Assembly (NCBI GenBank): GCA_039968605.1
Contig: JBDVPM010000008.1
Span: 1,476,968 to 1,540,967 of the forward strand
Direction: 5' to 3'
From: Alteripontixanthobacter sp.
GTDB taxonomy: Bacteria; Pseudomonadota; Alphaproteobacteria; Sphingomonadales; Sphingomonadaceae
DNA length: 64,000 nt
Position 1 is the first letter of the stretch. Each line of letters starts with the position of its first letter. Below the pieces are notes generated by a model that was given only the letters and a program-made list of their open reading frames with translations, was not told where the DNA came from and made no database searches. Positions 20,409 through 30,745 of the stretch are shown here, in pieces. The translations under genes and the position numbers were made by a program.

Positions 20409-20921
20409 TTATTCGGCTGATTTGGCCTTCTTGGCGGCCTTGACCTCGGCATTGATCGGCGCGGTGACTTCCACCGAACCGCCAGCCTTTTCGACCGCTG
20501 CGATGGCACCCTTGGATGCACCGGCGACCTTGAAGGTAACCTTGGTCGTCAATTCGCCCTTGCCCAGCAGGCGCACGCCGTCCTTGCCGCCGCGTGCGAG
20601 GCCGGCGGCCTTCAGCGCTGCGTGATCGACGGTGCCCTTGGCATCCAGCTTGCCCGCATCGATGAACTTCTGGATCATGCCCAGGTTCACTTCTGCAAAA
20701 TCCTTGCCGAACGGGTTGTTGAAGCCGCGCTTCGGCAGGCGCATGTGCAGCGGCATCTGGCCGCCTTCGAAGCCCTTTACGGCGACGCCCGAACGGCTCT
20801 TCTGGCCCTTCTGGCCGCGCGCTGCGGTCTTGCCCTTGCCCGAACCGATACCGCGGCCGACGCGCATGCGGTTCTTGCGGGCGCCGGGATTGTCGCGGAG
20901 GTCGTTTAGTTTGATAGTCAT
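20409..20921 (-). CDS. rplO: 50S ribosomal protein L15
   Basis: MKLNDL-type N-terminus ([32 protein letters not shown]). Confidence 0.96.
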   Translation of the reverse strand: MTIKLNDLRDNPGARKNRMRVGRGIGSGKGKTAARGQKGQKSRSGVAVKGFEGGQMPLHMRLPKRGFNNPFGKDFAEVNLGMIQKFIDAGKLDAKGTVDHAALKAAGLARGGKDGVRLLGKGELTTKVTFKVAGASKGAIAAVEKAGGSVEVTAPINAEVKAAKKAKSAE

Positions 20922-21048
20922 GTCTGCACTCGCTTTCGCTTTTGTTCGCGCTTGAATTGGTGAACCCCCGCCAAGGCGGGAGCCTCAGGCCGCCGGCGTC
21001 ACGCCGGTGGCGAGAGATCCCCGCTTTCGCGGGAACTCCGGAATGGTT

Positions 21049-21225
21049 TTAATCAACCAGGGCCACAAGGTGCGGCAGCTTGCTCAGCGCGCCGCGCACT
21101 TCGGGGGTGTCCTTGACTTCAACCACCTTGTGCATCTTGTTAAGGCCCAGGCCGATCAGCGTAGCGCGCTGATCCTTGGGACGGCGGATCGGGCTACCGA
21201 CCTGCTTGATTTTTATAGTAGCCAT
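21049..21225 (-). CDS. rpmD: 50S ribosomal protein L30
   Basis: Hand-translated 58-aa ORF, below the ORF-track cutoff: [58 protein letters not shown]. Sits between rpsE and rplO. Confidence 0.9.
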   Translation of the reverse strand: MATIKIKQVGSPIRRPKDQRATLIGLGLNKMHKVVEVKDTPEVRGALSKLPHLVALVD

Positions 21226-21230
21226 CTTGC

Positions 21231-22100
21231 TTACTCCACGACAGCTGCGGCATCGGCCTCAGCTTCAGCCTTTTCGGCACCGCCACGGCCAAGCAGGTCG
21301 GCGACCTTCTTGCCACGTCGCTGCGCCACCGATTTGGGGCTGGTCTGTTCGGTCAGCGCCTCGAAAGTGGCGCGGATCATGTTGTAGGGGTTGGACGTGC
21401 CGACCGATTTGGTCACCACGTCGGAAACGCCCAGGCTTTCGAAAACGGCACGCATCGGGCCGCCGGCGATGATACCGGTACCTGCCGGCGCACTGCGCAG
21501 GGTAACCTTGCCGGCACCGAAACGGCCATTGCCATCATGGTGCAGCGTGCGGCCTTCCTTCAGCGAAACGCGGATCATCTTCTTGCGCGCCGCTGCGGTT
21601 GCCTTGGAAATTGCTTCCGGCACTTCACGCGCCTTGCCCTTGCCGAAACCGACGCGGCCCGAACCGTCACCGACCACGACCAGCGCAGCGAAACCGAAGC
21701 GCTTGCCGCCCTTCACCGTCTTGGAGACGCGGTTGATGTGGACCAGCTTCTCGATGATGCCATCATCGGGCTCGTCACGGCCACCGCGACGATTGCCGTC
21801 ACGACCGCCGCGACCGCGACCGCCGCCCTGGCCACCACCGCGATTGCCACCACGGCCACCACGATCGTTACCACCGCGACCACGTGGCTGAGCCACACCG
21901 CCGGCAGCGGACTGGTTGACAGCTGCTTCCGTGTCGGTCGTCGTCGGCGTAGGCGTGGAGCCTTCGCTGGCGACTTCCGGCTGCTTGTCGGCATCGGTTT
22001 TGGGTGTCTGGGTTACCGGAGCGTTTTCGACCTTGGCCGCTTCCGCAGGAGCGCCATCGGTAGCCTGGGCGGTTTCAGGAGTTTTCTTCTCGTCGGCCAT
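21231..22100 (-). CDS. rpsE: 30S ribosomal protein S5 with ~112-aa N-terminal low-complexity/RGG extension
   Basis: The conserved S5 core starts at [24 protein letters not shown] at 22100 lies 1 nt from the rplR stop, which supports translation of the extension. Confidence 0.9.
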   Translation of the reverse strand: MADEKKTPETAQATDGAPAEAAKVENAPVTQTPKTDADKQPEVASEGSTPTPTTTDTEAAVNQSAAGGVAQPRGRGGNDRGGRGGNRGGGQGGGRGRGGRDGNRRGGRDEPDDGIIEKLVHINRVSKTVKGGKRFGFAALVVVGDGSGRVGFGKGKAREVPEAISKATAAARKKMIRVSLKEGRTLHHDGNGRFGAGKVTLRSAPAGTGIIAGGPMRAVFESLGVSDVVTKSVGTSNPYNMIRATFEALTEQTSPKSVAQRRGKKVADLLGRGGAEKAEAEADAAAVVE

Positions 22101-22101
22101 A

Positions 22102-22446
22102 TTAGAACTCCAGCCCGCCTTCGCGGGCGGCATCGGCCAGCGCTTTCACGCGGCCATGAAACAGGAACCCGCCGCGATCGAACACAACGGTAGATACGCC
22201 GGCCTTCTTGGCGGCTGCGGCGATATCCTTGCCCACCTGGCTGGCAGCATCGACATTCGCGCCCGAAGCCTTGGCACCCAGGGTGGATGCGGCAGCCACG
22301 GTCTTGCCTTCGACATCGTCAATGATCTGGGCGTAGATATGCCGACCGGTGCGGTGGACCGACAGACGCGGACGCATGCCGCCGCGCTTGCGGAGCGCCG
22401 TGCGCACGCGGCGCCGGCGACGTTCAAAGAGAGACAGTTTTGCCAT
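22102..22446 (-). CDS. rplR: 50S ribosomal protein L18
   Basis: [20 protein letters not shown]...[18 protein letters not shown]. Trimmed from the longer 22102..22590 ORF. Confidence 0.95.
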   Translation of the reverse strand: MAKLSLFERRRRRVRTALRKRGGMRPRLSVHRTGRHIYAQIIDDVEGKTVAAASTLGAKASGANVDAASQVGKDIAAAAKKAGVSTVVFDRGGFLFHGRVKALADAAREGGLEF

Positions 22447-22447
22447 C

Positions 22448-22981
22448 TTACTTCTTCTTCCCTTCCTTGCGGAAGATGTACTCGCCGCGATACTTGATGC
22501 CCTTGCCCTTGTAAGGCTCCGGCTTGCGCCAGCTGCGCACTTCTGCGGCGAACTGGCCAACGGCCTGCTTATCGATACCGCTGATTTCAACGGTGGTCTG
22601 GTCCGGTGTCTTCACCTCGATGCCCTCGGGCACCGGCAGGTCGACATCATGGCTGTAACCAAGCTGCAGGTTCAGGGTCTTGCCCTTGGCTGCGGCACGG
22701 TAACCAACGCCGTTGATCTCGAGCACCTTGGTGAAACCTTCGGTAACGCCTTCGACCAGGTTCGATACCAGCGTCCGCTGCATGCCCCAAAAGGCCCGCG
22801 CCTGCTTCGTATCGTTGGCCGGATTGACCTGGATCTCGTCACCTTCGACCTTGTAGTCGATGGAATCGGCCAGACCCAGCGTCAGGGTGCCCTTCGGCCC
22901 CTTCACGGTCAGCGTATCGCCTTCGATATTGGCAGTGACCCCGCTGGGGATCGCCACCGCTTTTTTCCCGATGCGGCTCAT
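22448..22981 (-). CDS. rplF: 50S ribosomal protein L6
   Basis: [16 protein letters not shown]... 177 aa. Confidence 0.96.
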   Translation of the reverse strand: MSRIGKKAVAIPSGVTANIEGDTLTVKGPKGTLTLGLADSIDYKVEGDEIQVNPANDTKQARAFWGMQRTLVSNLVEGVTEGFTKVLEINGVGYRAAAKGKTLNLQLGYSHDVDLPVPEGIEVKTPDQTTVEISGIDKQAVGQFAAEVRSWRKPEPYKGKGIKYRGEYIFRKEGKKK

Positions 22982-23376
22982 CAGAACACCTCTGCAAGCA
23001 CTTCGCCGCCGACATTCTCGGTGCGCGCTTCGTTGTCCGAAAGCACGCCCCGGGGGGTCGAGACGATGGTGATGCCGAGGCCGTTGCGCACGGTCGGAAG
23101 TTCTTGGCTTCCCGAGTAGACGCGGCGGCCAGGCTTGGAGACCCGGGCGACGTGCTTGATCGCAGGCTCGCCCTCGAAATATTTCAGTTCGATCCGCAGC
23201 GCCTTGTGCTTGCCGCTCTCGTCTTCAGAATAGCCACGGATGTAGCCTTCGCGCTGAAGCACTTCGAGGACGTTTGCACGCAGCTTGGACGCAGGCGAAA
23301 GGACGGAGTCCTTCTTCGCCTGCTGGCCGTTGCGGATACGGGTGAGCATGTCACCCAAAGGATCGGTCATGGGCAT
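22981..23376 (-). CDS. rpsH: 30S ribosomal protein S8
   Basis: [16 protein letters not shown]... 131 aa. Confidence 0.96.
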   Translation of the reverse strand: MPMTDPLGDMLTRIRNGQQAKKDSVLSPASKLRANVLEVLQREGYIRGYSEDESGKHKALRIELKYFEGEPAIKHVARVSKPGRRVYSGSQELPTVRNGLGITIVSTPRGVLSDNEARTENVGGEVLAEVF

Positions 23377-23387
23377 AATCTATTCCC

Positions 23388-23693
23388 TTACCAGCTCGAC
23401 TTGGTCAGGCCCGGAATCAGGCCCTTGTTGCCAAGGTTCCTGAGTTCGATCCGGTTGATGCCGAACTTGCGGTAATAGCCGCGCGGGCGGCCGGTGGTGC
23501 TGCAGCGGTTGCGAACGCGCGTGGGGTTACCGTTACGCGGTATCTCGGCCATTTTCAGGCGCGCGATGAGACGTTCGCCCTCGTCGAGCGACTTGTCGTC
23601 GGCAATCGCCTTGAGCCGCTCATACTTGGCTGCATACTTCTTCACGAGCTTCTTGCGGCGCTCGTTTTTATTAATGGAACTCAGTTTCGCCAT
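23388..23693 (-). CDS. rpsN: 30S ribosomal protein S14 (long, zinc-independent type)
   Basis: [17 protein letters not shown]... 101 aa with a single Cys. Confidence 0.95.
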   Translation of the reverse strand: MAKLSSINKNERRKKLVKKYAAKYERLKAIADDKSLDEGERLIARLKMAEIPRNGNPTRVRNRCSTTGRPRGYYRKFGINRIELRNLGNKGLIPGLTKSSW

Positions 23694-23736
23694 TGGACTT
23701 AAGCTCTCTTTCCTTGCGTATCTGTGCGGCGCGCCC

Positions 23737-24324
23737 TCAGGCTGCCTGCTTCTCTTCTGTTTCCGCCGTCTCTTCCTTGGGGAAGGGGAACCCGAACAAG
23801 CGCAGCAATTCGCGCGATTCCTCGTCGGTATTGGCGGTGGTGGTGACGATGATATCCATGCCCCGCACCTTCTCGATCTGATCGTAGCTGATTTCGGGGA
23901 ACACGATCTGTTCCTTCAGCCCCATCGCGTAGTTACCGCGCCCATCGAAGCTCTTGGGGTTCAGGCCCCGAAAGTCACGAATGCGCGGCATTGCGATGGT
24001 CACCAGTCGGTCGAGAAATTCATACATGCGCTCTCGGCGAAGGGTTACCTTCACACCGATCGGCATGCCTTCGCGCAGCTTGAACTGGGCGATGGATTTC
24101 TTGGCCTTGGTGATGACCGGCTTCTGGCCAGCGATCAGCGCCATTTCCTCGGCGGCTGTCTGGACCTTCTTCTTGTCCTGGCTCGCTTCGCCGACACCCA
24201 TATTCAGGGTGATCTTGGCAATGCGCGGCACTTCCATGGCGTTCTTGTAACCGAACTTCTCGGTCATCGCCTTGGTGATGTCGCCCTCGAACTTGGACTT
24301 CATGCGTGGAGTATAATCAGCCAT
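23737..24324 (-). CDS. rplE: 50S ribosomal protein L5
   Basis: [16 protein letters not shown] motif. 195 aa. Confidence 0.96.
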   Translation of the reverse strand: MADYTPRMKSKFEGDITKAMTEKFGYKNAMEVPRIAKITLNMGVGEASQDKKKVQTAAEEMALIAGQKPVITKAKKSIAQFKLREGMPIGVKVTLRRERMYEFLDRLVTIAMPRIRDFRGLNPKSFDGRGNYAMGLKEQIVFPEISYDQIEKVRGMDIIVTTTANTDEESRELLRLFGFPFPKEETAETEEKQAA

Positions 24325-24637
24325 CGATCACTTCTCCGGATTTTACGGCAATACGCACCTTTTTCCCGTCACGCTCTTCAAAGCGAACGCGGGTGGGCTT
24401 GCCGTCCTTGGGGTCGGCCACGGCAACCTTGGCGAGGTGCATCGGGGCCGGAATCCGGTCGATGCCACCTTGCGGGTTGGCCTGGCTGGGCTTGCGGTGA
24501 CGGGTCATCACATTGATGCCGTCGACGACGATCTTGCCGTCTTTCGGGATAACCTTGGACACGGTGCCGGTGCGGCCCTTGTCCTTGCCCGAAAGCACGA
24601 CGACATTGTCGCCCTTCTTGATCTTAGCGGATGCCAT
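24317..24637 (-). CDS. rplX: 50S ribosomal protein L24
   Basis: [24 protein letters not shown]... 106 aa. Trimmed from the 24317..24946 ORF. Confidence 0.95.
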   Translation of the reverse strand: MASAKIKKGDNVVVLSGKDKGRTGTVSKVIPKDGKIVVDGINVMTRHRKPSQANPQGGIDRIPAPMHLAKVAVADPKDGKPTRVRFEERDGKKVRIAVKSGEVIDG

Positions 24638-25005
24638 TACAGCACCTCCGGAGCTAGGCTGATGATCTTCATGAACCCACGGCCGCGAAGTTCGCGCACC
24701 ACGGGGCCGAAGATACGGGTACCGATCGGCTCTTCGGTCTTGTTGACCAGAACCGCGGCGTTCGAATCGAAGCGGATCACGCTGCCATCGGGGCGGCGTA
24801 CATCCTTGCGGGTACGCACGATCACCGCACGGTGAACGTCGCCCTTCTTCACGCGGGCCCGCGGCTGCGCTTCCTTGACGGAGACGACGATAACGTCGCC
24901 CACGCTGGCAAAGCGCCGCTTGGAGCCGCCCAGCACCTTGATGCACTGGACACGCTTCGCGCCGCTATTGTCGGCGACTTCCAAATTTGACTGCATCTGG
25001 ATCAT
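24637..25005 (-). CDS. rplN: 50S ribosomal protein L14
   Basis: [19 protein letters not shown]... 122 aa. Confidence 0.97.
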   Translation of the reverse strand: MIQMQSNLEVADNSGAKRVQCIKVLGGSKRRFASVGDVIVVSVKEAQPRARVKKGDVHRAVIVRTRKDVRRPDGSVIRFDSNAAVLVNKTEEPIGTRIFGPVVRELRGRGFMKIISLAPEVL

Positions 25006-25059
25006 CGATGCGGTTCCTTCCTACTGGCTTGCCGGTACAGGTCCGGCAGTTCCAAACAA

Positions 25060-25359
25060 TCAGTCTGTGCTGGCCGCAGCCGCTTCGACTTCGATATCTG
25101 CTTCCACGGCCACGCCCTTGGACGCCTGCACGCGGTCGATAACCTTCCACGTCTTGGTCTTGGAGATCGGTTTGGTCTCCTCGATCCGCACGACATCGCC
25201 GACGACATATTCGTTGGCATCGTCATGCGCGTGGTACTTCTTCGAACGGCGGATGATCTTCGCGTAAAGCGGGTGCTTCACCTTGCGTTCGACCAGTACG
25301 GTCACGGTCTTGTCCGTCTTGTCGGAGGTGACGGTCCCTGCGAGAATACGCTTTGGCAT
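25060..25359 (-). CDS. rpsQ: 30S ribosomal protein S17
   Basis: [32 protein letters not shown]... Trimmed from 25060..25401. Confidence 0.95.
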   Translation of the reverse strand: MPKRILAGTVTSDKTDKTVTVLVERKVKHPLYAKIIRRSKKYHAHDDANEYVVGDVVRIEETKPISKTKTWKVIDRVQASKGVAVEADIEVEAAAASTD

Positions 25360-25360
25360 C

Positions 25361-25582
25361 TCAGGCCTCCTGTTTGGCGGTTGATTGGGCAGCGCGAGCA
25401 CGCTCGCTCTGCAACGTCTTGATCTGCGCGATATGACGGCGGACTTCCTTGACCCGGGCCGGACGCTCGAGCTGGTTGGTCGCTGCCTGGAAACGCAGGT
25501 TGAATGCTTCGCGCTTCAACTCGACCAGGCTCTCGGCGAGCTGATCGTCGGTCTTGGTGCGCATATCTTCGATATCGGCCAT
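25361..25582 (-). CDS. rpmC: 50S ribosomal protein L29
   Basis: [32 protein letters not shown]... 73 aa. The start overlaps the rplP stop by 1 nt. Confidence 0.93.
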   Translation of the reverse strand: MADIEDMRTKTDDQLAESLVELKREAFNLRFQAATNQLERPARVKEVRRHIAQIKTLQSERARAAQSTAKQEA

Positions 25583-26016
25583 CACGATGCTCCCAGGTGC
25601 GAGGTGTCGCCAAGACGGGCGACGACCTTGGTCTTGACGGGCAGCTTCATTGCAGCGCGCTGGAATGCGACTGCGGCAAGCGGGCCCGGGACACCGTCGA
25701 GTTCGAACAGGATCCGGCCCGGCTTTACGCGGGCGGCCCAATATTCGACCGAACCCTTGCCCTTGCCCTGACGGACTTCGGCAGGCTTCTTCGACACGGG
25801 CACATCGGGGAATACGCGGATCCAGAGACGGCCCTGACGCTTGATGTGACGCGTGATCGCGCGGCGAGCTGCCTCGATCTGGCGCGCGGTGATACGATCC
25901 GGCTCAAGCGCCTTGAGACCATAGGAGCCGAAGTTCAGCGTCGTGCCGCCCTTCGCATCGCCCTTGATCCGGCCCTTGAAAGCCTTGCGGAATTTTGTTT
26001 TCTTCGGTTGCAGCAT
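25582..26016 (-). CDS. rplP: 50S ribosomal protein L16
   Basis: [17 protein letters not shown]... 144 aa. Confidence 0.97.
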   Translation of the reverse strand: MLQPKKTKFRKAFKGRIKGDAKGGTTLNFGSYGLKALEPDRITARQIEAARRAITRHIKRQGRLWIRVFPDVPVSKKPAEVRQGKGKGSVEYWAARVKPGRILFELDGVPGPLAAVAFQRAAMKLPVKTKVVARLGDTSHLGAS

Positions 26017-26031
26017 TGCTCTTACCTAAGC

Positions 26032-26727
26032 TCAACGTGCCGGGCGGACGCCGGAAGTCTGTGCTTCCATCATCAGCCGGTCCTGTGCAGTCGGGTCATG
26101 AGCGAGGATTTCGCCCTTGAAGACCCAAACCTTGATGCCGATGATCCCGTAGGCGGTGAGCGCCTCGGTTTCGGCATAATCGATATTGGCGCGCAGCGTA
26201 TGCAGCGGCACGCGGCCTTCGCGGTACTGTTCGACGCGGGCGATTTCCGCCCCGCCCAAACGGCCACCGCAAACGATCTTGATACCTTCGGCACCCAGAC
26301 GCATCGCGGATTGCATCGCGCGTTTCATCGCCCGGCGGAAAGCCACGCGGCGGATCAGCTGGTCGGCAATGCCCTGGGCGACGAGCTTGGCATCGATTTC
26401 CGGCTTGCGGATTTCAACGATGTTCAGCTTCACTTCGCTTGCCGTCATCGTGGCCAGCTTGCTGCGCAGCTTTTCGATATCCGCACCCTTCTTGCCGATG
26501 ATGACACCGGGGCGGGCAGCGTAGATCGAGATGCGGCACAGCTTGGCCGGACGCTCGATCACCACCTTCGAGATTGCGGCCTGCGGCAGCGTATCGATGA
26601 TGTGCTTGCGGATTTCGATATCTTCCTTGAGCAGCTGCGCATAGTCACGCCCTTCGGCGTACCAGCGGCTGTCCCAAGTGCGGTTGATCTGCAGGCGCAG
26701 GCCGATCGGATTGCTCTTCTGACCCAT
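26032..26727 (-). CDS. rpsC: 30S ribosomal protein S3
   Basis: [24 protein letters not shown]... 231 aa. Confidence 0.97.
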   Translation of the reverse strand: MGQKSNPIGLRLQINRTWDSRWYAEGRDYAQLLKEDIEIRKHIIDTLPQAAISKVVIERPAKLCRISIYAARPGVIIGKKGADIEKLRSKLATMTASEVKLNIVEIRKPEIDAKLVAQGIADQLIRRVAFRRAMKRAMQSAMRLGAEGIKIVCGGRLGGAEIARVEQYREGRVPLHTLRANIDYAETEALTAYGIIGIKVWVFKGEILAHDPTAQDRLMMEAQTSGVRPAR

Positions 26728-26728
26728 C

Positions 26729-27112
26729 TTATGCGTCCTCTTCTTCCGACTCGCGAACCACGATCCGCAGCTTGCTAAACGGCTTCAGGATGCGCGTGGA
26801 CTTGCCACGGCCGCGCGTGTGGAACCGCTTCATGGTGATCGACTTGCCCACGCTGGCTTCGGCGACGACCAATGCGTCGACATCCAGATCGTGGTTGTTT
26901 TCCGCATTCGCGATCGCGGAAGAAAGCACCTTGTGCGCGTCCCTGGCCATCCCCTTCCTGGAGAAGGTCAGGATGTTCAGCGCCTCTTCGGCTTTCTTGC
27001 CGCGGATCAGTTGCGCAACGAGGTTGAGCTTCTGCGCGGAGCCGCGAATTTGCGTACCCACGGCCAGCGCCTCATTATCCGCAACGCGGCGGGGAGATTT
27101 TGCCTTGCCCAT
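26729..27112 (-). CDS. rplV: 50S ribosomal protein L22
   Basis: 127 aa with [16 protein letters not shown]. Confidence 0.95.
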   Translation of the reverse strand: MGKAKSPRRVADNEALAVGTQIRGSAQKLNLVAQLIRGKKAEEALNILTFSRKGMARDAHKVLSSAIANAENNHDLDVDALVVAEASVGKSITMKRFHTRGRGKSTRILKPFSKLRIVVRESEEEDA

Positions 27113-27387
27113 TATCGCTTGCCCTTCTTGTCGGACGCGTGACCGGGGAAGCTGCGCGTGGGCGCAAATTCACCGAGCTTGTGACCGACCATCTCTTCCG
27201 AGACGGATACCGGGATGAACTTGTGACCATTGTGGACGTTGAACGTCAGGCCAACAAATTGCGGCAGGACCGTGCTGCGGCGCGACCAGGTCTTGATCGG
27301 CTTGTTAGCCCCTGCGTCCTGCGCTTCTTCGGCCTTCTTGAGAAGGCTGAGTTCCACAAACGGACCTTTCCATACGGAACGTGCCAT
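27112..27387 (-). CDS. rpsS: 30S ribosomal protein S19
   Basis: [18 protein letters not shown]... 91 aa. Confidence 0.97.
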   Translation of the reverse strand: MARSVWKGPFVELSLLKKAEEAQDAGANKPIKTWSRRSTVLPQFVGLTFNVHNGHKFIPVSVSEEMVGHKLGEFAPTRSFPGHASDKKGKR

Positions 27388-27392
27388 GTCCG

Positions 27393-28229
27393 TTACCTCT
27401 TCTTCTTGGCGTGACGCGAACGGATGATCATCTTATCCGTCTGCTTGTTCTTGCGAGTGCGGGCACCCTTGGTCGGCTTGCCCCACGGGGTCACCGGATG
27501 GCGGCCACCGCTGGTCTTGCCTTCACCACCACCATGGGGGTGATCGACCGGGTTCTTGGCCACGCCGCGCGTCAGGGGCTTGATGCCCATCCAGCGGCGA
27601 CGACCTGCCTTGCCCAGGTTCTGGTTCTGGTTGTCGGGGTTCGAAACCGCGCCAACCGTGCCCATGCAATCGGATCGCAGGTAACGCTGCTCACCCGAAT
27701 TCAGGCGTACCATCACCATGCCGCGATCGCGGCCGACCAGCTGGACGTAAGTCCCGGCGGAGCGAGCGATCTGCCCGCCCTTGCCCGGCTTCATCTCCAC
27801 GTTGTGAATGATGGTGCCGACCGGCATCTGGCCCAGCAACATCGCGTTGCCCGGCTTGGTATCGACCTTCTCGCCGGCGATAACCTTGTCGCCGACAGCC
27901 ATACGCTGCGGGGCAAGAATATAGGCCAGCTCGCCATCGTCATACTTGACCAGGGCGATGAAAGCGGTGCGGTTGGGATCGTATTCGATCCGCTCCACGG
28001 TGCCTTCCACGTCCCATTTGCGGCGCTTGAAGTCGACCTTGCGGTACTTCTGCTTGTGACCGCCGCCAATGCCGCGCGAGGTGACGTGGCCCTTGTTGTT
28101 ACGGCCACCGGTCTTGGTTTTACCCTCGGTAAGCTGCTTGACCGGCTTGCCCTTGAACAGGCCGGACTTGTCTACCAGGATCAGGCCGCGACGTGCGGGG
28201 CTTGTCGGTTTGTAATTCTTCAATGCCAT
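27393..28229 (-). CDS. rplB: 50S ribosomal protein L2
   Basis: [15 protein letters not shown]... [10 protein letters not shown]. Trimmed from 27393..28259. Confidence 0.97.
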   Translation of the reverse strand: MALKNYKPTSPARRGLILVDKSGLFKGKPVKQLTEGKTKTGGRNNKGHVTSRGIGGGHKQKYRKVDFKRRKWDVEGTVERIEYDPNRTAFIALVKYDDGELAYILAPQRMAVGDKVIAGEKVDTKPGNAMLLGQMPVGTIIHNVEMKPGKGGQIARSAGTYVQLVGRDRGMVMVRLNSGEQRYLRSDCMGTVGAVSNPDNQNQNLGKAGRRRWMGIKPLTRGVAKNPVDHPHGGGEGKTSGGRHPVTPWGKPTKGARTRKNKQTDKMIIRSRHAKKKR

Positions 28230-28233
28230 CGGA

Positions 28234-28548
28234 TCAGCTCCGTACGCCTTCGGTGACATCGATCATGTCACCCTCGGCCAGCGTAATGATGGCCTTTTTG
28301 AAATCGCTGCGCTTGTAGGGCCTACCCTTCCAGCGCTTCGTCTTGCCCTTGGTGACGATCGTGTTCACGCCGGTCACCTTGACATCGAACAGAGCCTCTA
28401 CCGCAGCCTTGATCTGCGGCTTCGTGCTGTCGTTCGACACCTTGAACACAACCGCGTTGTGCTCCGAAGCCATGGTGGACTTCTCGGTGATGTGCGGAGC
28501 AAGGATCACGTCGTAATGACGGGCGTTCATTTCCTGCTTTTTAGCCAT
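28234..28548 (-). CDS. rplW: 50S ribosomal protein L23
   Basis: [25 protein letters not shown]... Overlaps the rplD 3' end by 8 nt. Confidence 0.94.
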   Translation of the reverse strand: MAKKQEMNARHYDVILAPHITEKSTMASEHNAVVFKVSNDSTKPQIKAAVEALFDVKVTGVNTIVTKGKTKRWKGRPYKRSDFKKAIITLAEGDMIDVTEGVRS

Positions 28549-29164
28549 TGAAACGCGCCTCCAGCTTTTCGACCGCATCCTTGGTCAGGATCAGCGTATC
28601 GTGTTTCAGGATGTCGTAGACATTGGCGCCCATCGCCGGCAGCACGTTGACGCCTGGCAGGTTCTTCGCGGCGCGGGCAAAGCCCTCATCCACGCTTTCG
28701 CCGCCGATCACCAACACCTTGCCTGCGAAGCCGGCCTTGTCGAAGTGGCCCTTGAGCTCCTTCGTCTTGCCATCCTTCAATTCCAGGCTGTCGAGCACCA
28801 CGATGCCGTCTTTCGCCTTGGACGAAAGCGCCATTTTCAGGCCGAGCGCGCGGATCTTCTTGTTCAGCGACTGGTTGAAGTCGCGCTTGCGCGGACCGTG
28901 TGCCTTGCCGCCGCCGATAAAGATCGGAGCCGAACGGGCACCGTGACGAGCGACGCCGCCGCCCTTCTGGTTGCCGAACTTCTTGCCGGTACGGTTGACG
29001 TCGCTGCGTTCCTGCGCCGGACGGGCAGTGCCTCGGGCGTTTTCACGCTGCCACGTTACCACGCGGTGCAGAATGTCTGCGCGCGGCTCAACGCCGAACA
29101 CGGCATCGTTCAATTCGATGTCGCCGGACGCCTTTCCGCCTAGTTCTTGGACCTTCACCTTCAT
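28541..29164 (-). CDS. rplD: 50S ribosomal protein L4
   Basis: [24 protein letters not shown]... 207 aa. Trimmed from 28541..29251. Confidence 0.95.
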   Translation of the reverse strand: MKVKVQELGGKASGDIELNDAVFGVEPRADILHRVVTWQRENARGTARPAQERSDVNRTGKKFGNQKGGGVARHGARSAPIFIGGGKAHGPRKRDFNQSLNKKIRALGLKMALSSKAKDGIVVLDSLELKDGKTKELKGHFDKAGFAGKVLVIGGESVDEGFARAAKNLPGVNVLPAMGANVYDILKHDTLILTKDAVEKLEARFNG

Positions 29165-29168
29165 TGGA

Positions 29169-30029
29169 TCAGCCCTCCTCGTTCTTGCTGTTGGCATCCG
29201 CTTCCGGAGTACCGCTTTCGGTGCCGACGCCGGCATCCTGCTGGGTAGCAAGCTTGGCCTGCTGCTCTGCGGAAACTTCGGGCGTCACTTCGTGCTCGGC
29301 TGCGCTTTCGACGAGGCCGGGTGCGGCTTCTTCGGTCGCGGTTTCATCCGCGTTGCGGCGCATTGCACCGGGGAACGGTGCATCGTCGGGACGCGGCACC
29401 TTCACCGCGTCGCGGATCAGCATCCAGGCATTCTTGTGCCCGGGGACCGATCCCTTGACGAAGATCAGACCACGCTCGGCATCCGTGCGGACAACCTCGA
29501 GGTTCTGCTGCGTGCGCTGACGGTCGCCCATATGGCCGGCCATCTTCTTGTTCTTGAACACGCGGCCCGGATCCTGGCGGTTACCCGTCGAACCGTGCGA
29601 ACGGTGAGAGATCGAAACGCCGTGCGTGGCGCGCAGACCGCCGAAGCCCCAACGCTTCATGGCGCCGGCAAAGCCCTTGCCCTGCGTGTGGCCGGTCACG
29701 TCGACCTTCTGGCCGGCGATGAAGTGGTCTGCGGTGATCGTGGCGCCGACGGGAAGGAGACCTTCTTCGTCCTCAACACGGAATTCCGCGACCTTCATCT
29801 TCAGGCCGACTTGCGCCTTGGCGAATTGCTCGCGCTGCGGCTTGTTGACGTTCTTCTGCTTGGCTTCGCCAGCGCCGAGCTGGACGGCGAAATAGCCATC
29901 CGGATCGGACTTGCGCTGCGCAGTAACCTGGCAGTTTTCCAGCGACAGGACGGTGACCGGCACGTGGCGGCCATCCTCCTGAAACAGGCGGGTCATCCCG
30001 ACTTTCTTTGCGATCACGCCGGTGCGCAT
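29169..30029 (-). CDS. rplC: 50S ribosomal protein L3 with ~76-aa acidic C-terminal extension
   Basis: [20 protein letters not shown]... The stop lies 4 nt from the rplD start. Confidence 0.94.
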   Translation of the reverse strand: MRTGVIAKKVGMTRLFQEDGRHVPVTVLSLENCQVTAQRKSDPDGYFAVQLGAGEAKQKNVNKPQREQFAKAQVGLKMKVAEFRVEDEEGLLPVGATITADHFIAGQKVDVTGHTQGKGFAGAMKRWGFGGLRATHGVSISHRSHGSTGNRQDPGRVFKNKKMAGHMGDRQRTQQNLEVVRTDAERGLIFVKGSVPGHKNAWMLIRDAVKVPRPDDAPFPGAMRRNADETATEEAAPGLVESAAEHEVTPEVSAEQQAKLATQQDAGVGTESGTPEADANSKNEEG

Positions 30030-30269
30030 CGTCATTACTCCTACACAGAGGCACGAGAGGACCATTCCCCGCGTGCGTGCTCAGCCCAGTAAATTTCGTG
30101 CGAGCCCCGTCCGGGCTGAATGCAGCGCAGGCCCGAAGACCGTTGCCGCGAGACGGGGGACGCATACCCGGCACTTGCCGGAGGTATCCCAGTGTCGGGT
30201 CGCTCGTCCTGAACGACCAAAACTTTCCGAGCCGTTTAAGGTCCGCCGGAAGGACCGGTGCAAACCGGC

Positions 30270-30581
30270 TTACGCCAGCTTGATTTCTACATTCACGCCT
30301 GCAGCCAGGTCGAGCTTCATCAAAGCGTCGACCGTCTGGGCGTTGGGCTGAAGGATGTCCAGCAGCCGCTTGTAGGTGCGCACCTCGAACTGCTCGCGCG
30401 ACTTCTTGTCGATATGCGGGCCGCGGTTCACGGTGAACTTCTCGATACGCGTCGGCATGGGAATGGGGCCACGGATCAGGGCGCCGGTGCGACGTGCGGT
30501 TTCAGCGATTTCGCCAGTTGCCTGGTCGAGAACGCGGTGATCGAACGCCTTGAGGCGAATCCGGATATTCTGAGCTTCCAT
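30270..30581 (-). CDS. rpsJ: 30S ribosomal protein S10
   Basis: [20 protein letters not shown]... 103 aa. Confidence 0.97.
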   Translation of the reverse strand: MEAQNIRIRLKAFDHRVLDQATGEIAETARRTGALIRGPIPMPTRIEKFTVNRGPHIDKKSREQFEVRTYKRLLDILQPNAQTVDALMKLDLAAGVNVEIKLA

Positions 30582-30639
30582 TACCTATACCGATGCGAAA
30601 GAGCCAAGGAGGTCCGGTTCGGCAAAGAACCTTGCTCCC

Positions 30640-30689
30640 AAAAAGAAAGGCCCGCCCCGCGCTCCCGGCTAACCGGAAAGGGGCGGCCC
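30640..30689 (-). terminator. possible intrinsic terminator/attenuator between tuf and rpsJ
   Basis: RNA: GGGCCGCCCC-(21-nt loop containing a CCGG-UUAG-CCGG hairpin)-GGGGCGGGCC, then UUUCUUUUU. One mismatch in the stem. Confidence 0.45.
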
Positions 30690-30745
30690 CTCCAAAGAAT
30701 CCTGACCGGCGGAGAAGCGAATCCCCCGCCGGTGCGGACCCTATA

